NCBI GenBank assembly: GCA_050613775.1
Contig: JBODTK010000114.1
Location: forward strand, 1-64,000
Reading direction: 5' to 3'
Origin: Neocallimastix sp. 'constans'
Taxonomy: Eukaryota
Length of the DNA stretch: 64,000 bases
Shown in pieces: positions 37,440 to 61,557 of the stretch. Within the stretch, counting starts at the first letter, position 1. Every line of letters begins with the position of its first letter. The notes under the pieces are model-generated. The model ran no database searches. It was not told where the DNA came from and saw only the letters and a program-made list of their open reading frames with translations. The position numbers and the translations under genes were made by a program.

Positions 37440-40400
37440 TAATATTTATATTTATATTTAATTAGTACTATTTATATATTATTATAACATACATCTGTTC
37501 CTCTATCAAATGTTTGATAATTCAATGCTACAACTTGACAACCACATAACCAATGTGGTACAGGATTATAATTACTTGAAGTAATACGTTTACCAACGGG
37601 ATAAACACGAGTCATTTGAATTTGATTTAATAATACATATTTATTAGTATTATGTTTATACAAGTCAACAGAGGCAGCTTCGGAAATACAACAAGCATAT
37701 TCATGTTTTGCATTAATTAAAGCTGTATTGATACCTTTAAATGGTTTTGATTTACAATATACAGTTAAAGTGGCTAATTCTAATGCAACAGGATAAGTAT
37801 CACTAGTTTGATAACCTTCAGTAATATCTAAATAATCTTGTTCATCATCATCATCATCATCATTTTGATTTCTATCTCCACCAGTTTCACTACTTTCATT
37901 TTTAGTAATTGATAATAGTGACATTTTTAATTTGGAAATTTTACTTTCTTCATCACTATCTTGATCATCATAATCTTCTTCTTTAGCTCCTTCGTCATTA
38001 TCACCACCTTCCTGCTCACCTAAATTTTCGTCATCAGTGTCATCATCATCGTCGTAATTATACTGTCCATTATTACCAGTATGTTCATCCATAGCTAAAT
38101 AAAATTATATTTCATTAAAATATTATTAAATTTAATTTAATTTAATTTAATTTAATTTAATTTATTTTATTTATTTTGTTTTATTCAATCTGTACTTTAT
38201 ATTTATATATCAACTATTTTATTTTATTTTATTCAATCTGTACTTTATATGTATATTTCAACTATTTTATTTTATATTATATTATTCATCCATACTTTAT
38301 ATTTATATTTCAATTATTTATTTCATTTTATTTTATTTTTTAATTTTATTATAATTATTTATTTATTATGTATTTATCATTATCTTTATTATTATTATTG
38401 ATATAATTATGATCCTTTTTTTATTATTATTAATATTATAAACATGACCCATCTTATTACTATTAATAGTATAAATACTATCCATTTCATTATTTAATAT
38501 TATTTATATTATGCCCCTTTTCATTATTATTATTATGTCTCTTTTCATTATTACTATTACTGTTGCTATTTATAAAATATTTCTTTTTATTTTTTACTAT
38601 TATAATTATTTATATGTCCCTTTTCATTATTAATTAAGGATTAATACTTACGAATAGCTGCATCTTTGCCAGTTTTTAATGATTTAGTAAATGATAATTT
38701 AAATTCAACCTTAATAATAACTTTGAATTTTAATTGACTTAAAGGTGGTAAAGTATCAAGATTTGTATTAAATGGACATAAAATAACATTATCCTTTAAA
38801 ATTTCACGAATATCATTTGCTAAAGTAATTTGTTGTGGAATAGAACAATGGTTTTCTAATGAAATAAGCATAGGATAACTATGGATTTACAATGTTTATT
38901 AATAAAATTTATAAAATTTAATATTTATATTTATTAATAAAAAATAAATAAAGTAAAATTATATTTATAAAATTCTTACGGTGTTTTTTTGAATGCGTAA
39001 ATTGAGACAGCTTTTAAAATATCTTTAACAATAATATTTCCAGTTCTAGTATTAATAATAATATATTGTTGTTTTATATATTTAAAAAAAAAAAAAAAAT
39101 TATTATTATTATTATTATTATTTTATGTTTGTATTATTTATATTTCTTACAAAGTACCCCCGTGAGTAGCTTTGGCTTGGCCACGAGGTCCATCCCAACA
39201 ATCAACTATATATTAAAATGATATATTAAATATTAGAATTGAATATATATAATATATATTAAGTTAGCTTTATAATTATTATTGATCATAAAATCAAAAA
39301 TAATAATAGGTTTAATAACTTGAATTATGTAATTTTACCCTCAATACATCTACAACCCTTTTGCATACATCTAACATATGCTTCAACAGATGCACCTCCG
39401 GAAAGTTGATTACTTACAAGATAACTAATAAATAAATATATAAATAAATAACTATTATTTATTTATTCTTTTAATTTTTAAAAAATGAATTATATATAAA
39501 TATAAAATACATACGTATTATGTGAGGACGCCATAAAATAATCATTAAGAGGGTAACTATCATCAAGTACATCGAAAGAATTGATCATATTTTCATTGGA
39601 AGTTAAATAATTTACGAAATCTCTGTAATTTAAACCATTTTCTGTACTTCTATACTTACAATATAAGTATTGAATTTGTTCATTTGTAAAATATTCCTAC
39701 ATTTATATATATTAAATTAATTTTTGAATATTATATATATACATATATATATTGATTTATCTCATGTTGAATTAATTATATATTTATTTACTTTTTGTTC
39801 ATTAATAATAAAGTCACGGAAGGTATCAAAATTCATATATTCTTTGTGTTTGTTAACATCTCTAAAAATAGCTTTAACATCATTTCGATCATCTAAATCA
39901 TTAAAGAATGCAACAAACTCATCATAATTCAAATATTTGCTTCTTCCAAAAGTATAGTTCTATATATAAATATATACGTATACATATTTATATATAATTT
40001 AGTTTAATTACTATTATCATTACTTTTACTATAATTTATTATTATTAAACTTTGTAATTATTTCTAATAGTAAAAAAAAAAAAAAAATAAAAAAAATAAA
40101 ATAAAATAAAATAAAATAAAATTTACCATAAGAAGTTTTTTTCTTTCTTTAGAACCAATCTTAATATTCAAAGTTTTTAAAGCATTTTTTAATTCAGTTT
40201 CTGAAATACCTTGACTTTTATTAACATCTGCAGCATCAAATGTTCTCTTTAACCAAGTGTTTATTTGTTAAGGATATTTTTAAAAATTATTAATATATAT
40301 TATTTATAATAAATACTGATATATAATTTTAACAAACTCTTCTTTTATTATTACTATTATTATTATTATTATTATTATTATTTTATTTTATTTTATTATA

Positions 40401-41194
40401 TATATATATATATAAGGATATATTTCATTGTTAATAATTCCATTAAGTTTTTCGAAGGATAATTCTTTATTTCTGTAGATTAAATAATCTCTAATACCGA
40501 CACACCATTTAATTGCAATTGATTCGGTATCGGCGGCTATATAATAAAAACATGATTAAATAACATTTTAATTATATATATATAATATTTATAATATTTA
40601 ATATTATTTCATTTTTAATTAATTTCAAATTCAATACTTACCAAAATGATACATGACATAATTACCATGTCTTTTAAAAATAATTGTCATAGTTCTCTTT
40701 CTTAAATCTTGATGTTTTTTTAAACCTCTCCACATCCAATCCTGGCCTTCTCCACCATAACGAATTTCCTCAATACTTTCTAAATCAATGCCTTTTTATA
40801 TTGGTAACATTGAATTAAAATATATAAACATAAATAAACAGAAAATGAATAATGTTTAATGAATATATTCATGATATAAAGATATACATTAGTAATAATG
40901 CATAAATTTATTGATTTTTTTTTTTTTACCTTGAAAATCACCCGATAAGACTAATCTTTTAAGTTCATTGACATAATAAATAGTAACTTTGTATGGTTCA
41001 TGATCTTTGAATCTATCAAATTTTAAGAACGTTTCCCCATATTTTAAAAATTCTGGATAATAAATTTCTGGCTTATCATCAATTTGAAGTTTTTTCATTG
41101 ATTCTGAAGGACTATTACTTTTTGAAGAGCTTTTCGATGAAATATCTTTAAGTTTTTGCTTAAAGGAATGAAATTTAGCTCCAAAAACATCCAT
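36525..41194 (-). CDS. PLC1: Phosphoinositide-specific phospholipase C, delta-like (PH, EF-hand, X, Y, C2), multi-exon
   Basis: X box YFMASSHNTY...GCRCIE|VDCWDG...HGGTL...LISLENHCS with catalytic His/Glu/Asp positions present; acidic X-Y linker; Y box TRVYPVGKRITSSNYNP...GCQVVALNYQT; C2 DNGFNPVF...ELAFLR...LKSGYRHL. Confidence 0.95.
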
Positions 41195-41443
41195 TGTTCT
41201 TTATAATTTAATTTATTTATTATGTAAAATAATAATAAATACTACTACTAATAATAATAAATAATAAAAATATATATATATATTAGAACTAAAAATGAAG
41301 AAATAAAAAAATACTATAAATTTTGTTTATTTTATTATTATCTTTTTTAAATAAATGTTTTTTTTAAAATCTTCTATGGATAATATATATACAAAAATTT
41401 AATTTAAAAACAATTATTAAATTGAATTACTATTAAAAATAAA

Positions 41444-41485
<42 letters not shown>

Positions 41486-42404
41486 GAAAAAAAAAAAAAA
41501 AAAAAAGAATTAAAATATTGTTTAATAATTCTTTTTTTTATTTATTTATATAATATTTATATAATTATTTTTAATTAAGTAAGGAAAATTTATACTATTA
41601 TTAATTATTTTTTATTTTTATTTTATTTTGTTATTATATTAAATTTTATATTTTTAATTTTATTTATTAGTTTCATTTATTTATTTTTTTTATTTATATA
41701 TTACACATATCAAATTATATTAAAATATATTAGTTCATTGTATTATCAATATATTACTTAAATGTTAAAATAACATGAATATTAATAAATAGGATAAAAA
41801 TGGATTGTACATATAATTAAAATATAATAGTAATATATTTGTGAATAGCCATTTAAGAAATATAAGCTTTTTAATATGTATATATAAAATGCTATCTTTT
41901 AAAAAGAATAAAAAAAAAAAAAAAAACTTTTTTAAATACAAAAAACGATGAATTAATTGACAAAATAATTATAAAATCAGAAAGGATAATATTATTAATA
42001 ATTAATATAAAATTAAAATTATATTTATTATAATTTTATTAAGATTATAATAATATTATTAATTATATGATTTATTATTATTTATTATTAAAATTCTTAA
42101 TATTTTTTATTAAAAGAATTTTTATATTAAAAAAAATTAAAATATATATATATATATTAATTAAATAATGATTAAAATTTTTCAAATTAAAAAAAATATA
42201 TATATATAATTATTTATTTAATAGGGAAGAAAAAAAAAATCATTCATCATTACTAAACTTTTTTATTTCTTCTTAATAAGTTTATGTATTAATAAGTTTA
42301 TGCATTAATAAGTTTATGTAATGTATTTAAAATCAATAATACATAAAATTACATAAAAAATATAATAAAATTTCCAAAATTATAAAATTATAGCTATAGT
42401 AAGT

Positions 42405-42482
42405 ATTCCTGTTTCTAGACTACATAGTTACTGGAGGACCTCCCTTTTCATTAATTCCAGTCTAAAAAAAAAAAAAAAAAAA
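42405..42482 (+). mobile_element. Possible 5'-truncated retroposon 3' end (hairpin plus poly(A))
   Basis: Locally GC-richer segment; stem ACTGGA (42430-42435) / TCCAGT (42456-42461) directly followed by A19; resembles the 3' end of the 43169-43321 segment. Confidence 0.35.
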
Positions 42483-43168
42483 CCTTAAATATATTTTTTT
42501 ATCATTATATCTATTTTTCTTCATAAAGTTTATGTAGTATTAATGCCAATAAAAATAAAGTAGTATTTGTAATAATTCAATAAAATAAAATTTCCAGTTA
42601 TTTATAAATGCTATACTATTATTCTATTACAAATAATAATTATACTTTATATTATTAATATTATTCTTATATTTTCATTTATTATTAAATTAATAATTAC
42701 ATTAACATTTTTAATATCTTTATAATATCTAATAAAAGATATGAAATATTAACATATAAAAACAACAAAAAAGCATATAAAAACTTTTCTTTCTATATTA
42801 TAAAGAAATTATTGTTTTTAATTATTTCGAGTTGTGGAAATGAGATATACGTAGAAAATTATATATTATAATTTAATATTTTATACTTTGAAAAAAAAGA
42901 CTTATTCCTTATTTGTTACTTCTATTGAATTTAAATATTTTTACATATTATTTAATATATACAATATATTTAAAACTATCTACATTATCTATATATAATA
43001 ACTATTATTTATTATAACTTATTTATTGTTATTTATTTAATTATTTATTTATATTCAATTATTATTAATTCATTATTATTATTTATTCATTATTATTTTT
43101 CATATGTTTCAATTTAATTATTATTCATTCATTGTTTATTATTTATTGATTATTATTCTTTAATATTA

Positions 43169-43293
43169 GCCTTGATTTGAGAGAGGTCCTCGTTTACGCC
43201 ATAACGGTATGGCAAAAAATACAATGAAAATCTGATACGTTGAAAGGTGAAACTTGAGGCCCTATTGTCCTCCCTTCTTGTTAATCCTAAATC

Positions 43294-43321
<28 letters not shown>
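43169..43321 (+). mobile_element. Possible SINE or truncated LINE 3' end (hairpin plus poly(A))
   Basis: About 125-bp GC-richer island with hairpin GCCATA-ACGG-TATGGC (43198-43213), ending CCTCCCTTCTTGTTAATCCTAAATC plus A28. No clear target-site duplication. Confidence 0.45.
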
Positions 43322-43324
<3 letters not shown>

Positions 43325-44243
43325 TTATTAATTATTATTTATTGTTATTTAATTATTTATTTATTATTATTTATTTATTATTATTTATTATTTATTATTT
43401 ATTTATTTATTTATTTATTTATTATTATATAATGATTTAATTATTTATTGTTTACTATTTATTTATTGTTATTTTGTTATTTATACATTATTTAATTTGT
43501 GTTGTATTTTGACTATTTATTATTTAATTAATGTTGTTTTAGCCTTAATTATTATATATTATTAATATATTATTAATAAATAATAATATTATGAATTTAC
43601 TATAACATTTAATTAATTTATTTTTTAAGCACATGCTATAAATGGTTGAATCACATTTTACAACATTTGAAACATTTTATATTCTAATATATTATACTAA
43701 TTATAAATTATATATAGAGAATATTTAAATTTGAAAAAATTTTTTTAAATTTATATGTAGCATAATTAAATACTTAATATGTTTACATAATTTTAAATAT
43801 ATTATTAAATATAGACTAAAAATTAATATTATATATTACAGTATATTTGTAATATATGTTCAATTAAAGAACGGAAAATTTATTGGCAATCAATAAAACT
43901 AAAATAAATAATTTTCTATTATTTGGTAATATAGTACATTTCATATATAATATTTGGTAGTATTATATAAATTCTATATAAAATATATGAAATGCAATAC
44001 AAAATATATTTATTATTATGTAGTGCAATATATTCTTCATTCAAAAGATTTAAAATTTTCTTTCTTTTTATTTTTTTTTTTATTAAAAATAATCATATGA
44101 ATGTTATTATTCACTTTTTTTAAAAATTCGAATAGTTTTTTTTTTTTTTTGTGTTAAAAAAAATTTTTTTTTGACAGTTTATATTAAAAAATTTTTATAT
44201 TTTATTAATATTAAAATAAAGGATAAATGTAAATAGAAATAAT

Positions 44244-44396
44244 ATTATGATAACTATTATTAATATTTATATTATGATAACTATTATTAATATTTATATT
44301 ATGAAGAACTATTATTAATATTTATATTATGATAACTATTATTAATATTTATATTATGAAGAACTATTATTAATTTTTATATTATGAAGAACTATT
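44244..44396. repeat. 27/28-bp minisatellite, about 5.5 copies, intergenic
   Basis: Unit ATTATGA(T/AG)AACTATTATTAATATTTAT. Confidence 0.9.
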
Positions 44397-45734
44397 CATT
44401 TATTACTTAGTTTATATATTAGTCTATAAAATAATATAATATCAAATAATTATATATAATTCATTATTCAGATAAGAAGAAGGAATTATAAATATTGATA
44501 CATAAAATATATAAAAGAAATTATTAATCTGCTTAATATTTTTAGAAATAATTAATGCAATAATTATAAAGATAGTTATATAATCTTAAAGAAATACTAT
44601 ACGACAGTAATTAAAATATTATTATTATATAAATATTTTTATTTATTTATTTATTTATTTATTACAAAATTAATTATGTTATATATTATTATTTTAATTT
44701 AATACTTATAATAAAATTAATTATTATTGTTATTTTTTTTTACTGCGGTTTTATTTAAAATTTTAGACATTTGTTTTTTTCATTTTAATTCTTTACTAAA
44801 AAATAAAGTTGAATAATAAAATTAAATAATTGTCTCATGCAAATTATTTACTGAAAAAATATTTATATAAAAGCTTACCTATATAAATATATATGGAGTT
44901 AAAAAGAACAATGCATAATTTTTGTTTACTTTTATTTTTTTGACACTGTTAATAATAAATTAATAAAAAATAAATTCTTTAATAATAATAATAATAATTA
45001 TTATTAACAATTATTATTTTATTCTCTTTTTACTATTTATATATATATATATATATATTTTACAGACGCAATTATTACAAAATTTTATCTATATTTATTC
45101 ATTCATTTTTTAATTATTCATGTAACTATTTATAAATGATTTTATTATTATTAAATTTAAAATTTATTATAATTTATTGTCGTAATAATAATAAATAATT
45201 ATAAAAATATTATTTATTATTATAATTATTATTACTAATTTAGAATACATTTTCATTATTTATTGAATAAATAAATAAATAAATAAATACTAATATTTCG
45301 TTTCAATATATTATTTTTATTGTATTATAGATATTGTTTTATTTTTCATTTACTTTTATATAAACATTATTAATTGTTTATAACAGGTTAAAATATTATT
45401 TAATACTATTAAATAAAAATTTTAAATTTATGCAATTTATTTTAAAATATTTATATAGTGTAAATATATATTATGTTTATTAAATATTTTTTTCATAATA
45501 GTATCTTTAAATTATATAATTTTAATTATATGTTCAAGATATAGGTGTAATTTTAATCATTAATAGTTAAAAAAAAAAAAAAAAGTTATTTATATATAAT
45601 TATTCCTTTTTTAATTTAATTTGTTTTACCAAACAAATTTAGATATTAATATTTTTCTTTTTTTTTTTTTTAAAAAAATTTATAAAAACGTTTTATGGAA
45701 AAAAATACTATTATTAATAAAATATCTATATAGT

Positions 45735-55971
<10,237 letters not shown>

Positions 55972-56786
55972 ATTATAAGTATAAATATCTCAGAAAGATT
56001 CAATAATAATATTGTCTCTTTTAATTAATATTATTATTATTATTATTCTCAATAATATTTATGACCTTTCTAATAATTATTTGATTAAAATTGTAACTAA
56101 ATAAGGTAGTTTAATTACTGGATTAAATGTATAAATGTATATATATGATTGATTTTTATGATAATTATTATTATTATAATTATTATTATAATTATTATTA
56201 TTATTAGAATTATTATTATTAGAATTATTATTATTAGAATTATAATTATTAGAATTATAATTATTATTAATGGATTTAGAACTTAATACTATAGTAACAA
56301 TAGAGCTATTAAACTAATATCGTATTTAAAATTTATAATAATTAAAATACATAAAAATAAAATACTCCGAGTTTTTTTATTATAGTTTAAATGTTCACCA
56401 CTATAAGACAATGGAATAATTAAAAAATATATTATTTTAAAAAAATTTTTTTTGATAAATTATCTAATACATATATTTATACTTTTGGTATAAAAATATA
56501 ATGATAAAATGAAAAATCATAAAAATAAATTTCAAGAATAGAATTTATGAAAAAATAAATTTAAAATATCTAATTAGTATATTATTTTGATATTATTTTT
56601 ATTATGTTGTTATAATTTTCTAATAAAAAAAAATAAAATAAAATAAACTTTGACACATTTAATAAATGTTCAAAATTTTAAATTTTTAATAATAATAATA
56701 ATAATAACAATACTAATAATAAATAAAAAAAAAAAAAAAGTTTTGATACATTTAATAAATGTTCAGAGTTTTTAATTTTTAATAAA

Positions 56787-57044
<258 letters not shown>

Positions 57045-57246
57045 TTAATTATTAAGATTTGTTTTATTTTTATTTTATATTTTATTTTATGTGTCAATTT
57101 CTCTTTTTTTAACATTTACTAAATATTAAATAAATAATTAATTAATAATTAGTAATCAGTAATTAGTATAAATGATAAAATAATTTCAATATAATTCTAT
57201 TTTCCTGTTTTTTAAATTTTATGATTATTATTTTTTTTTATTATTA

Positions 57247-57635
57247 TTAATCCTTTTGATTTCTTAAATCTCTTAAAGAATCTAAATCTATATATATATT
57301 ATATTTTTTTCCTAATGAACTTCCTATGGTTTTCATTTCGATTACATCTAAATCTTCTTTTTCATCACTTGTCAATTGTAAATATAATTCCTTGAATCTG
57401 GTTAAACATATCTTGGCATCTTCATGCTTATTGTTTTCACTTAATACTATAGCATAATTTAAAAATCCAACCATATTTGATCTAATTTAATATTAATTAA
57501 AAATTATATCAAAAATTGTGTAAATATATATGATAGAAAATAATTTTTTAGTTATTTAATTTATATAATTGTTTTTATATTTAATTATATTAATATGATT
57601 ATTATTATTATTATTACTATTATTATTAATTATTA

Positions 57636-57667
<32 letters not shown>

Positions 57668-60386
57668 ATTAATCTTACCCATTAATCATGAGTCCCTTTT
57701 CAAATGCAACTTTTGAATTTTCAAAATCTCCTAATTTGTTTAATGTTACTCCTAACCATATATATGTATCAGAAAATTTTGGATTTAGATTTGCTGATGA
57801 TGTAAAGAATCTAAAAGCTGATACATATCTATTAAATAAATAAATATATATATACATATTATAATTAATTATTATTTATTATTTTATATATTTATATATT
57901 TATTTATTTATATATATATATTTATTTATTTATATATATATATATATATTTATTTATTTATTTATATATAAATATTTATTTATTTATTTATTTATTTATT
58001 TATGTATTTATGTATTTATGTAATTATGTAATTATGTAATTATGTAATTATGTATTTTTGAATATAAAATATATTTATTAAATAAAAATAATAATATTTA
58101 ATAAATTTATAAATACGTACTGTTCATGCTTCAAATGTGCTAAACCTAAATTAAATGATATTTTCCATTCATTTGGCGCCAAATATAGTGCTTTTTTTAA
58201 GCATGATATAGCCTAATGAATTATATTATATATATATAATAAATACAAATACATATATTATTGTATTTTAATAAGATTCTTCTCATATAATACATGAAAA
58301 ATAAACATACTGAAAAAATCCTTTTTATAAGAAAAATAAATAAATAATATTAATAATAATAATAATATATCTTACAGCAATAATTTTATTTTTTCCATAA
58401 AAACACATTCCAATATTATTCCATAATTCAGGTGAATCAGGATTTAAAACAGAACATATACGATATTTCATTAATGCACCCTCAAATTCATAATGATTTT
58501 GAAGAATAGAACCTGCAACCAATATACCCTATAAATGAAATTTATTTATTGTTATTACTTATTTTTTTATCTTAAATAATTCCTCATCTTCATCATTAAA
58601 TATATATGTATATATGTATATATATATCATATATAATTATATATATATATATATATGTGAACATACATTTGAGTTTGTTTGATCGTATGATAATGCTCTA
58701 CCTATATAATTAAATGCACAGGGATAATCATCTTTTTTTAAATATAATAAACCTAGCACCGTTAAAAAATCAACATTATCAGGACTAATTCTAATATATT
58801 AAATTATTTTTTGGTTTTTAAAAATAAAAAAATATATATATATCATCAATATAAAAATTTATAACTTACAAAATTTAATATTTATTTATATAAAAAGAAA
58901 TAAAATATATTATACGTTATAGCTTGTTCATATAATGCTATAGCTTCTTCATATTCTCCACACTGAACTAATAATTTTCCTAAATGGGTATACGTTGAAT
59001 CATGATTATTTATTTCTAAAGCTTTATAAAAATTCTCTATTGCCTTTTTTTTTTTTTTTTTTTTTTGTATAATTTTTTTTATTTTATATATTTTTAATAC
59101 TATTAATTAAATTACAATCTTAAATCACTATCTTTATATTTTATATATATTAAATGATAATTATACCTTTCTATAATCTTTTAAAAACATATAACAAATT
59201 CCTTTATTATGATATATTTCCTTTATATATATATTTGATGAGTATTAATACATATATTTGAAAAGTAAAATTATTTATATATTATGTACATAGGTCATTT
59301 AATATAATTATGTACCCAATCTTTTCCTGCCAATGTTAATGCTTCATCATATACTTCAATTGCAGATCTATGTTTTCCTAATAAAAACCTTTATATTATT
59401 ATTATTATGCTTATTTTAATATCATCTTCATTTATTTGTTTTTACATATAGATTTTATCTTATTATTTTTATTTATTGTAATATTCTCAGCATATATAAT
59501 ATTTTTTAAAAAATTTTTTGTTATTTTAAAATATTTACAATGATCTTCCAATTTGTTTTATATTTACAATATTTGTTGGATCCAATTTTTCTACCATTCG
59601 CAGTATTTCTAATGATTGTTCTATTTCACCATTTTGTCTTAGTATCATTGCTTTATATATGAATATTAATTTATATAAATATTTCAAAATTATACTATTA
59701 TTAATTAAATATTTTATATATATTCAACAATAAATTTTCTTCCTCTTTTTTGTTGGTTATTATTGCTTGTTTGTTTATTTGTTATAAATAATGTATAATA
59801 TATGATTCATACCCTTTATATATAGTGGATATTTACAATGATTATTTGAAGCTTTTAAAATATCTTCTATTATTGACTTTTTTTAAAAAAATTTACATTT
59901 ATACGTAAAATTTATATATTATATATATTAGCATTATCAATAATTATTTATTAAAATCTTCTGTATAAATAATATATAGAATACTCCATAATTACCAAGC
60001 ACTCATTATGTTGTTTCGTTACATAAAGATGATATATATGCCATATTTTGCTTTTCCAAGATTCAGAATTATATTTATTCACTGAAACCTTTAATAATGG
60101 TTTATTTATTAAAATATCTATTGTTCCCAAATGAAAAAAAAAAAAAAAAAAAAAAAAAAAAACATATTGAGAAATCAGTAATTCATAATATAATTATTGA
60201 TTAATTAATTGATTATAATCAGAAAGTAGTATTAACTTTTTTTTTTTAAATAATGAGCAATAAATTTATTATTATGCAACTATATATATCTAAATTTGTT
60301 TTAAAAATTTTTTTACCTTCATTTTCTGAAACATCTAAATCAGAATTATATGAAGAACTATGTTCTCTTGCTGCATGTGTACTCAT
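57247..60386 (-). CDS. BBS4: Bardet-Biedl syndrome 4 protein (TPR, BBSome subunit), multi-exon
   Basis: Spliced translation follows BBS4 as I recall it: WHIYHLYV...[23 protein letters not shown]...[12 protein letters not shown]...[15 protein letters not shown]...AGSILQNH...ALMKYR...[17 protein letters not shown]...[24 protein letters not shown]...QYVSAF. Confidence 0.93.
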
Positions 60387-61557
60387 TATTACAGTACTAT
60401 TTAAATAAAATTATATACGTATTTTATTATTTAAAAGATAGATTTTTTTTTATTATTATTACTATTTTTTTTTGTTTTATTTAAAGAAATAAATTAATTA
60501 TTATAATTATTAATTATTACTATTTTTTAAGAACATATTAAAGTTTTTTTTTCAATTTTTTCTTTTTTTTTTTTATTATTATTTATTATTATTACTATTC
60601 TATTATTTAAATAATATCATTAAATATTAACATTTTATATTTAATTATTTAGTTTAAATAATTAATTATAAAAAAATAATAATAATAATAAATATAATTA
60701 AAAATAATTAAAATTACTTTTTATGACAATTAATTAAAATTTTTAAAGTTTATGTATTCTTTTATTCATTTATAAAATTTGAAACAATTAGCTTATATAT
60801 GTATCAAGAATGAATAAAAAATAAATATATATTTTTTGTTATTATTTATGTAAAAATTAATATTCTAAAAAATCTTATTTAATAATTTTATTTCCTAATT
60901 AAATTTTTGTTTGTCTAGCTTAATTTCATTATTATACTTTTTATATATGAAATAAAAATGTTAATAAATAATAAAATAATTATTATAGATTTCATTTTAT
61001 AATAGTTTTTTTTATATACTTTGATTAAATATTTCAAAATCAAAAAAAAAATAAAATTTTAAAATTTTCGAATAAAAATAAAAAAAAAAAAAAATAAATA
61101 AATAAATAAATAAAAAAAAAAAAAAAAAAAAAAGATCCAATAAAAAAAATTAGATAATAATTAAATAATGAAATATTAAATAAAATATAATTATAAATAT
61201 TAATGGATAGTAATTAATAATTTTTTTTTTATTAAATTATTATATTATATCACCTTTTAAAAACAAAAGAAAATAAAAATAAAAAAGATATATATAATAC
61301 AATTATAATTTTACCATATAAAGAATTTTGGGGAAAAAATAATAAAATAAAATAAAATAAAAATATATATATTATATATAATATTTTAAATTTATTTATG
61401 ACAAAAAATAAAAAAGTGATGATAAAAAAAATTATCAAAGAATAAAAATTGAAAATCATATATTAGAATTAAATAAAGTCATAATTATTATATTATATCA
61501 CATTATATTATTTTATATTGGAATTACATACAAATTACTTATCAGTAGGATAATAAA

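Noticed and set aside
56648..56785. About 45-bp imperfect direct repeat; also small tandems at 24920-24960, 38400-38630 and 42275-42320
   Set aside because: Ordinary local slippage or duplication with no element hallmarks.
60387..61557. RFX X-box in the BBS4-SPAG6 spacer
   Set aside because: No GTNRCC-(N0-3)-RGYAAC-like match found by eye.
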